From the NCBI GenBank assembly GCA_029775855.1, contig JARVJZ010000003.1, positions 64,001-128,000 of the forward strand: a stretch of DNA of 64,000 nt. Direction: 5' to 3'. How positions within the stretch are numbered: position 1 is the stretch's first letter; every line of letters begins with the position of its first letter. Shown here in pieces: positions 39,252 to 46,496 of this stretch. A program made the position numbers and the translations under genes. The notes below the pieces were generated by a model. It was not told the DNA's origin. It searched no databases and saw only the letters and a list, made by a program, of their open reading frames with translations. This DNA comes from Nitrososphaeria archaeon (lineage in GTDB: Archaea > Thermoproteota > Nitrososphaeria > Nitrososphaerales > JAAOZN01).

Positions 39252-39590
39252 TCACCCCTTTTTCTGCTTCTTTTTAATATGCTTAAACTTGTATATCATT
39301 AGAAACTTTACGCAACCTATTTCTCTCACAGCTCTTGCTGACGCAAGTTTAGCTTCAATAACCTTACTTACAATCTCATTACCAGCTAGGTTCAAGATCG
39401 GCATCTCTTCAACAACCTTAAGCGCTTCCTCTAACTCAACTTCTTCTTCGCCAAAATATTCTGGTGTAAAGTGCATCGCCAAAGAACCTTCACTAACCGT
39501 CTTGTTAAGGAGATCAGCGTCGCATATATTCGCCATACTTATATTTCCACTAGTAATTCGTTTAACGCAAAATCGGCCCAAATAAATCAC
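39252..39590 (-). CDS. DUF424 family protein
   Basis: NICDADLL.K, YFG, LNLAGNE.V, conserved position after aIF2-beta. Confidence 0.82.
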   Translation of the reverse strand: MIYLGRFCVKRITSGNISMANICDADLLNKTVSEGSLAMHFTPEYFGEEEVELEEALKVVEEMPILNLAGNEIVSKVIEAKLASARAVREIGCVKFLMIYKFKHIKKKQKKG

Positions 39591-40003
39591 GCAGTCTTCA
39601 GCGAGGATTTAGCGCCACAAGCTTCGCACACTAGGAATTGAAGGCGCTTTACCTTTTCAATTCTAGTGTCTGGGCTGCCGCATACTGGACACAAAACATT
39701 TTCGCGAAGATACCTATTTAGGAGCACAGTGAAAGACTGTTTATCTTTTCTACCTATAAATATAGCCCTCTCACCGTCTAAAGAAGCAGCTGTAGCCAAC
39801 TCCTTAGCCAAGAACATCAGAAGCTTATTTGCATCACGCCTAAGCAGAGTAGGGTACTCAGAGAAGTTGCGAAGAATCGTCTTATTCCCAATCCACAAGA
39901 TCTGAGGCTCGGGTAGCTCAAGCCTAATACCCTTTGCCTTCTGTATCGGCACACCCATCTTTTCCCTAAGTCTGTGGAGCAGCTCGTGGTAGGATAGACT
40001 CAA
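39587..40003 (-). CDS. eif2b: translation initiation factor aIF-2 beta
   Basis: GNKTILRNF, FLAKELAT, CPVCGSPDT..CEACGA. Confidence 0.94.
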   Translation of the reverse strand: MSLSYHELLHRLREKMGVPIQKAKGIRLELPEPQILWIGNKTILRNFSEYPTLLRRDANKLLMFLAKELATAASLDGERAIFIGRKDKQSFTVLLNRYLRENVLCPVCGSPDTRIEKVKRLQFLVCEACGAKSSLKTA

Positions 40004-40105
40004 ACTAGCCTAGAGATATTTCTCCTCGGTATTTCAATCTTCCGCTACTATAATAACAGCGTTATGCTTATTTACCTCTAAAGACTATAGAATAATAGAG
40101 TAAAC

Positions 40106-40345
40106 TTGAGCGAACAGAAGACCGTAAACAAACTGGATTTACGTGGACTCTACTGTCCAGAACCCATCTTCAGAACTAAGATGGCCATCGACACTCTCCC
40201 AGTTGGAGAAGTTCTAGAGGTGGTAGCTGATGATCCAGCTTCAGAGGAAGACATACAACGCTGGGCAAACAGAGTAGGACACACCATACTATCGATTCAG
40301 AAGGACGGCAAAGACATCCGCTTCCTCATAAAGAAGGTGAAGTAA
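40106..40345 (+). CDS. tusA: sulfur carrier TusA/SirA family
   Basis: LDLRGLYCPEP, GEVLEVVADDP. Confidence 0.92.
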   Translation: MSEQKTVNKLDLRGLYCPEPIFRTKMAIDTLPVGEVLEVVADDPASEEDIQRWANRVGHTILSIQKDGKDIRFLIKKVK

Positions 40346-40717
40346 ATGGGTGAGCAGAGAAAGAAGATGCTCTATGTGCAGACAAGCGGCGTAGATACCC
40401 CTGAACGCCTATATGCACCCCTAATCCTAGCGGCAACAGCGGCGGCTACAGACATAGATGCAACAGTCTACTTTGTAATCAAAGGGGTCACAGCCTTAAA
40501 GAAAGGGGAAGCAGAGAAGATCAAGATAGGAAACTTCCCAGCCTTAAAAGAAGTTTTAGATCAAGCTTTGAAATCTGGTGTAAAGATTATGGCATGTGAG
40601 AGAAGCTGCCAACTACTTGGCATACCAAGGGATGAGATATTAAGTGAGGCTAAGCTAGTTGGGGCGGCTACTCTGAATGACCTAGTATTAGAGGCTGATG
40701 GGGTGCAATACTTCTAA
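40346..40717 (+). CDS. DsrE/DsrF-like sulfur relay protein
   Basis: TSG...PER.YAP, YF..GV, GVKIMACERSC (conserved Cys), VGAA. Confidence 0.85.
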   Translation: MGEQRKKMLYVQTSGVDTPERLYAPLILAATAAATDIDATVYFVIKGVTALKKGEAEKIKIGNFPALKEVLDQALKSGVKIMACERSCQLLGIPRDEILSEAKLVGAATLNDLVLEADGVQYF

Positions 40718-40729
40718 AAAGGGGGAGAG

Positions 40730-41749
40730 GTGATGCAAAGTTTCACAGATATCTTGAAGCGTGTTGGGAATACCCCGCAGATCTCACTATCATCACCTAA
40801 AGATAGAGTGGCACTGTATGCTAAACTAGAGTGGTTCAACCCTTTTGGCTCACTGAAAGATAGGGCTGCGCTATGGATGATAAAAGACGCTGAGAACAGA
40901 AAGATCTTAAAAAGAGACCAGACCATATTACTTGAACCAACATCAGGCAACACAGGTATAGCGCTGGCTGGGATAGCAAAGGCATTAGGATACAAAGTTG
41001 AGTTAATCATCCCAGCGAAAGCCAGCGAGGAAACCAAGAAGCTGATAAGAAGACTGGGAGCAACGCTTCTCGAAACTGATGATGACTTATGCCCCAGAGT
41101 AGGACCTGGAACAGATCAATGTATAGCTTTGGCTGAAGCGATGATTAAAGCCCATCCAGAGAAGTATGTGATGCTAAACCAATACGCTAACGAAAGCAAC
41201 TTCTATGCGCACTATGAAGGCACAGGTCCGGAGATCTGGAGCAATCTAAGAGATGTTACACACTTTATAGCTGGTGTGGGCACAGGAGGCACGCTTACTG
41301 GTGTGGCAGCCTACCTTAAGAAGAAGAATCCGCATGTGAAGGTTATTGGTGTGCAGCCTCAGAGAGCCCATCATATCCAAGGGCTTAGGAACTTAGAAGA
41401 TTCGGCTGTGCCGGAACTACTTCGCCGACGAATTGGGTTGATTGATGAGTGGGTCAAGGTGAGTGATAGCGACGCCTTTAATGCAGTTAAAACTCTTGCT
41501 AAAACAAAGGCTCTATTTGTAGGTCCTTCGAGCGGTGCGGTTTATGCGGCTGCTCAAGAAGTTGCTGGGAAGCTCAGTGAAGGTAAGCTTGTTTTAATGT
41601 TTGCTGACGACGGTAGGAAGTTCTGGAGCCTATACGATAGATTTAAGGTTTTTACAAGAGAGGAGTTTGACTACTATAGCCATTATGCTAAGTATTTACC
41701 ACCCAATCCGTTATTCTATGAAGAGCCTATAACAGCTTATCATCCTTAA
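40730..41749 (+). CDS. cysM: PLP-dependent cysteine synthase family (CysM-like, with a Cys-containing insert)
   Basis: GNTP, KLEWFNPFGSLKDR, EPTSGNTG, GVGTGGT, GPSSG; insert DDDLCPRVGPGTDQC. Confidence 0.85.
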   Translation: MMQSFTDILKRVGNTPQISLSSPKDRVALYAKLEWFNPFGSLKDRAALWMIKDAENRKILKRDQTILLEPTSGNTGIALAGIAKALGYKVELIIPAKASEETKKLIRRLGATLLETDDDLCPRVGPGTDQCIALAEAMIKAHPEKYVMLNQYANESNFYAHYEGTGPEIWSNLRDVTHFIAGVGTGGTLTGVAAYLKKKNPHVKVIGVQPQRAHHIQGLRNLEDSAVPELLRRRIGLIDEWVKVSDSDAFNAVKTLAKTKALFVGPSSGAVYAAAQEVAGKLSEGKLVLMFADDGRKFWSLYDRFKVFTREEFDYYSHYAKYLPPNPLFYEEPITAYHP

Positions 41750-41759
41750 ACAGATAAAG

Positions 41760-42860
41760 ATGGTGTTGGAAGCCGGTTCAGTAGCTGAAGATAGAGGTGA
41801 GTATAGCGTTCAAAGGCGAAGATTCATAAAGCGGTTGATAGTGGGCATACCGATATTAGCTGCTGCTTCGTCTCTATTAGCGTATCTGCTTGCATCAAAG
41901 CCTAGAGAAGAGTCTAAATCAACCACAGAGAGTTTGGAGCAGCTTATCAGTTATGAAGTTACACCAACTAATCTATTTTACGCAGTTTCGCTAGATGTCG
42001 TATCACCTAATCTTGATGCGAGCAGATGGAGGCTTAAAGTTCATGGGTTAGTTGAAGAACCTATGCAATTCACATTGGGTGATATTAAGTCTATGCGTTC
42101 AGTTGGAGAATACGCAACTTTAGAGTGTGTAAGTAACCCTGTAGGTGGAGATTTGATAAGTAATGCGTATTGGAGGGGTGTGCAGCTTAAAACCCTCTTG
42201 GAGTTGGTGAAGGTTAAGCCTAACGCGAGATATATTGTGTTTAGATGCTTTGAAGGTTATAGTGTTGGTATACCGATTGAAGCCGCCTTGGATGAAGGCA
42301 CAATATTAGCGTATGAGATGAATTACGAGCCTCTAACATTAGAGCATGGCTACCCTCTAAGGCTCATCGTGCCTAAGTACTATGGTATGATGAACCCTAA
42401 GTGGATAGTCGAGATAGAAGTTGTAGACTACACCTACTTGGGCTTCTGGCAGAAGTTAGGTTGGGCTAACGAAGCAGAATATCAGACTCATTCAACGATA
42501 TTGGTTCCAGGATACAGCCCGTTAAGAAGACGCTTCAACTTAAGTCAAACACCACAGCAAGCGAAGTTAGGTGAAAGACTTCAGATATGTGGTGTAGCGT
42601 TCGCTGGAGAAAGAGGAATCTCAAAGGTTGAGGTGAGCTTAGATGATGGGGTAACTTGGATGCGTGCAAAGATCAGAAAGCCGCTCTCTAAGTATTCTTG
42701 GGTTTTGTGGTGGCTTGATTGGGTTCCTGAGAAGGTGGGTGTGTATAGGCTTATGGTTAGAGCTGTAGATGGAAATGGTGTTCAGCAGATAGGTGATTTG
42801 ACTGAGCCTTATCCAGAGGGCGCTACTGGCTATCACACAATAGTCTTTAGGGTTGAGTAG
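41760..42860 (+). CDS. Tat-exported sulfite oxidase-family molybdoenzyme
   Basis: RRRFIK plus TM; Mo-ligand Cys in TLECVSN; EHGYPLRL.VP..YG...KW; C-terminal dimerisation domain KVEVSLD.G.TW. Confidence 0.88.
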   Translation: MVLEAGSVAEDRGEYSVQRRRFIKRLIVGIPILAAASSLLAYLLASKPREESKSTTESLEQLISYEVTPTNLFYAVSLDVVSPNLDASRWRLKVHGLVEEPMQFTLGDIKSMRSVGEYATLECVSNPVGGDLISNAYWRGVQLKTLLELVKVKPNARYIVFRCFEGYSVGIPIEAALDEGTILAYEMNYEPLTLEHGYPLRLIVPKYYGMMNPKWIVEIEVVDYTYLGFWQKLGWANEAEYQTHSTILVPGYSPLRRRFNLSQTPQQAKLGERLQICGVAFAGERGISKVEVSLDDGVTWMRAKIRKPLSKYSWVLWWLDWVPEKVGVYRLMVRAVDGNGVQQIGDLTEPYPEGATGYHTIVFRVE

Positions 42861-42866
42861 GGGTGG

Positions 42867-44648
42867 CTATTTCACGCCTAGATTTTTGAGCAGTATTTCT
42901 TCGTTGTTAGGCGACTGTATAAATGCTGGAACATTCTTTTGCTTTGTAGCCTTATAGGAGACGAAGAGCCACTGACCTGTGTCGAGATCCGTGGTCTTTT
43001 CGAGTAGATCGTAGCTTAGCGAGAATGCGTCTGCTATGACCATTCTGTCGTAGGATCTTGGAAGCGTGCTTACGAAGTAGCTGTGTAGTTGCTGTAGGGC
43101 GTTTACGTTTAGATGGGCTACTCTTTGTGTGCTGAGCCAGCAGTGCGCCCTATATTTTCTACCTTGTCTAAGTAGTGATTCGACTGCTTTATTTGATTCG
43201 TCTGAGTAATCAGTTCTTTGGCTTCTATCTGGTATGAATTCTTGCGCTTCATCTAAGACTATAAGAACCTTTCTTCTTGCGCCTTTTGTCTTCTTTAATT
43301 GGAGTAGTCTGGTTATGAGTTTTGATGCGGTTAGCCGCGCTTTGTCTGGCTCTGGTATATAAATAATGTTTATAGATTGAGCGGTGTCTTTTAGCACGAG
43401 GTTTGCTAGTCTACTTGGGTTTATTATTTTAGCCTCAGATTCTTCTAAAGTTGGCTTGGCTGTTTCTATTTTTTCAAGGTATTCTAAGATTGAGGATACT
43501 TCGCTTTTAAGTGAAGAGCGCTCTGGCGCTTTTTCAACGAGATCTTCTAATATCTTTTTAAGATATTCTATGTCTTCCTCTTTTAGGGCTGTTAGTTCGG
43601 TGTCGATGCTGTATCCTTTTTCTTCTATGAGGTGTTTTATGATTTCGGTTAGCGTGATTTTGGCTGACATTGCACCCGCTCTGCTAGATTCATGTGCGCT
43701 TTTTAGAGTTTCAATTATGGAGTCGATTCTGATATCTTCAATGTCTTCTAATGTTATTCTTTGGATTCTCTTTTCTTCAAAGAGCTTTTTGATTTTCTCT
43801 TTAAGCATACTTTCGCTTAATCTTTGTTCTAGTGTCTCTGGTATGACTTGAGAGTTTAGGAAGGTTGAGACATCTTCTTTGAAGTCTTCTGTTGAGAAGA
43901 CTTTGCCTTTTTTCGCTATGAGGTCTAGTAGGTGTATTGAATATTCACCCGCTACATCGAAGATTACTACTTTGAGTTCTGGTATTGCTTCGACTGCTTT
44001 TCTGATTAGGTAGGATGTTAGGTTGGATTTGCCTGAGCCTGTGAAGCCGAAGACTCCTGTATGGTATCTTACTACGCTTTCGATGTTTATTGTGAGAGGT
44101 ATGTTGAAGCCTATTAGCTCTCCTACAGATACACCATCTTCAACGCAGAGGAATCTTCTGACTGTTTGGTTTGAGAGTAGGTATGCTTTAGAGCCTATGA
44201 GTGGTATTAGTGTGGTTTTGGTGAATTTAGGCTCATCTTCTTTTAGGTTCATGGAGTAGTCTGTTGGGACTGCTATTATGTCGAGCCAAGTTTCTTCGCT
44301 TTCGCCCCAGCTTTCGTTTATCTTTGTTAGGAATTCGAGTCTGACGGTTTTTGGTAGGGCTACATCCATGCCGAGCATCTGGAAGTGTGTGGGTTTTAGG
44401 GCTACGATTTCGTAGATAAGGTAGAGTAGTTCTTCGGATGTTGTTCGCTCTATGCCTATGAAGGATGGTTGGTGTAGTCTATCAAGCACTTTTAGGTCGA
44501 ATTTTGCCTCAAGTATTGCTACTGGGTTCGCTAGGCTTATTTCACCCTCTTTAGTTCTTGTAGATCTTGTTACTATTTTGTGTTCTCTTAACCTTGCTTC
44601 GAATCTTCCTTCTAAGTCGTCGAAGGCTTCTGAATGCTTCATGCTCAT
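42867..44648 (-). CDS. herA: HerA-family ATPase/helicase (HAS barrel + FtsK-HerA)
   Basis: HTGVFGFTGSGKSN, VIFDVAGEY, LIVLDEAQEF, LRQGRKY, STQR. Confidence 0.88.
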   Translation of the reverse strand: MSMKHSEAFDDLEGRFEARLREHKIVTRSTRTKEGEISLANPVAILEAKFDLKVLDRLHQPSFIGIERTTSEELLYLIYEIVALKPTHFQMLGMDVALPKTVRLEFLTKINESWGESEETWLDIIAVPTDYSMNLKEDEPKFTKTTLIPLIGSKAYLLSNQTVRRFLCVEDGVSVGELIGFNIPLTINIESVVRYHTGVFGFTGSGKSNLTSYLIRKAVEAIPELKVVIFDVAGEYSIHLLDLIAKKGKVFSTEDFKEDVSTFLNSQVIPETLEQRLSESMLKEKIKKLFEEKRIQRITLEDIEDIRIDSIIETLKSAHESSRAGAMSAKITLTEIIKHLIEEKGYSIDTELTALKEEDIEYLKKILEDLVEKAPERSSLKSEVSSILEYLEKIETAKPTLEESEAKIINPSRLANLVLKDTAQSINIIYIPEPDKARLTASKLITRLLQLKKTKGARRKVLIVLDEAQEFIPDRSQRTDYSDESNKAVESLLRQGRKYRAHCWLSTQRVAHLNVNALQQLHSYFVSTLPRSYDRMVIADAFSLSYDLLEKTTDLDTGQWLFVSYKATKQKNVPAFIQSPNNEEILLKNLGVK

Positions 44649-46438
44649 GCACCCTCTCTTTGGGCTGCGGCTCTTCTAGCCTTTTCGGTTTCGGCTCTTA
44701 ATCCTCTGTAGCCTTTGATGATGTAGAAGTAGCGTCTTTTTCTTGCTAGGGTTCCTAGGTGGAGGTCTGCTACTCCTCTTAGCATCCCTCTCATAAGGTT
44801 GACTTCAGCTTTTACTGCTTTGTCTGCTAAGTAAAGTAGTTGGTTGTGCCCTAGGGCTTCGAGCACTTCAGGGTTGTCTGAGTTTGTGAGTATGGTGAGT
44901 ATGAGGTCGTCGAGGGGGTTTGCGTCGTTGTCTTCTATATATGGTTCTATCTGGATTATTCCATCTCTTGCTAAGACCTCTATTTGTTTGCAGCGTTGTT
45001 CGTCGAAAACTGGGCTGTAGAAGCGGTCGTAGACGAAGACTGGTGAGCGTGCTTCTTTGTCTGTTGTGAAGGTTTTTGATTGGAAGTATGCTTTAACTAA
45101 AAGTCTTTCTCTGAAGACGGTCTTTCTCGCTGCTCTTAGAGGCGTTTTTTGGTCGCCGCTTTTGGTTAATGTTGTGAAGCAGACATCGTAGCTCATCGTT
45201 CTCCAAGGTGTTTCTATCATCTGGTTGTTGACTGAGGTTAGTATGGTGAGGAAGGCTCGGTCGTTTTTTATTCCTGGGAGGCTGGCGCTCTTTATTAAGC
45301 CTTGGTGTGTTGCGTATGGTATTATGCTTCTTGTGAAGTCTGAGGCTACCGTGTCCTTTGTTACACCGATGAGCAGCACATTTTTGCTGTGTGTTTGGTA
45401 TAGGAGTTCGTAGATGAGGAAGAGGTTTACAGCGTTTATGTCGAGTACTGTAAGCCATCTTTCTTCGTCCAGTTGTAGAGGATGCTCGGTGCCTTCGAAG
45501 ACTCTTGTTCTTACCGCTTCGGCTGCTGCTTTCACTCTCTTCCAGTAGGTTTTTACTTCTGGTTTGATTGCTATGGTTGTTAGGTCTGATTTTTCGAGGA
45601 GTTGGTGGTTGTAGTGCTCATTCATTTCGTTTAGTTTCTTTATGAGTTTGTTGAGTTTTTCGTCGTTTAGTTTTAGTTGGTTTGCTAGTTCGGTTTTCGT
45701 CATTTCTGTGTGCTGTATTAGGGTTTGGATGGCTTTGTAGGTTAGGTATGGTGGTCTTGTTGGTATGTAGATATTTCCTGGGCCTAGTATAGATGCTATG
45801 CTTAGGTCGAGCATAGATGGTTTACCTTCTGAGGTTTCTATTGTGGTTAGGGTTGAGTAGCCGCTTTTGAGCATTGCTCTAAGGTCTCTGGATGCTGGTC
45901 CGAAGGTTCCTGATATAGGTCTGTCGAGGAAGATTATCTTTGTTTCTTTTTGGTTTAGGGTGTTTAGGGTTATTGAGAGTTCTGCTAGAGTCATTAGAGA
46001 GTAGGGGATTCGGTCTATTGCTTGCTGGAGTTCGAATTCGACGTCTGTTTGGGTTAGGGGGTTTAGGATGTTTGTGGTGTCTTCGAACCAGAGTGGGATG
46101 GCTGCTGAGGCTGTTAGTCTTAACTCTCGCTCCGCTTTTTTTATGTTTATGTTTATACTTTTTTCTTCTATTTTGAAGGGGCATTTGTATGCTGTTGCGC
46201 ATACATAGAATAAGATCATCTCCATCCTTTCGTCATAATCCATGGAGCCGTCTATGCCTACCGCTGTGCCTTCTTTGAGTTTTAGTGTGTCTGCTGCATG
46301 GAGCCATCTTTCTTTTTGCGGTTGTTTGAGTAGTGCTTTGAAGTCTTCTCTGCCTTTCATTTGGTCTGCTCTTTTGTTGAAGTTGCTGACTAAGGTGGAT
46401 GTTTGGGCTGCTAGTTTTCTAGCTATGGTGCTTGACAA
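44645..46438 (-). CDS. nurA: NurA-family nuclease with an internal wHTH-like insertion
   Basis: AVGIDGS, IIFLDR, GVTKD, LGHNQLLYLADKAVK; ATGA overlap with herA. Confidence 0.8.
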   Translation of the reverse strand: MSSTIARKLAAQTSTLVSNFNKRADQMKGREDFKALLKQPQKERWLHAADTLKLKEGTAVGIDGSMDYDERMEMILFYVCATAYKCPFKIEEKSININIKKAERELRLTASAAIPLWFEDTTNILNPLTQTDVEFELQQAIDRIPYSLMTLAELSITLNTLNQKETKIIFLDRPISGTFGPASRDLRAMLKSGYSTLTTIETSEGKPSMLDLSIASILGPGNIYIPTRPPYLTYKAIQTLIQHTEMTKTELANQLKLNDEKLNKLIKKLNEMNEHYNHQLLEKSDLTTIAIKPEVKTYWKRVKAAAEAVRTRVFEGTEHPLQLDEERWLTVLDINAVNLFLIYELLYQTHSKNVLLIGVTKDTVASDFTRSIIPYATHQGLIKSASLPGIKNDRAFLTILTSVNNQMIETPWRTMSYDVCFTTLTKSGDQKTPLRAARKTVFRERLLVKAYFQSKTFTTDKEARSPVFVYDRFYSPVFDEQRCKQIEVLARDGIIQIEPYIEDNDANPLDDLILTILTNSDNPEVLEALGHNQLLYLADKAVKAEVNLMRGMLRGVADLHLGTLARKRRYFYIIKGYRGLRAETEKARRAAAQREGA

Positions 46439-46463
46439 CCTTCTGCTTTGAGGTTGATGAAAG

Positions 46464-46470
46464 TTATAAA
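46464..46470 (-). promoter_or_regulatory. TATA box for the nurA-herA operon
   Basis: TTTATAA on the minus strand, ~26 nt upstream of the nurA start, inside the 58-bp gap after the RM gene. Confidence 0.45.
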
Positions 46471-46496
46471 GGTAGTGTCCAAGTTATTGTCTGCTC

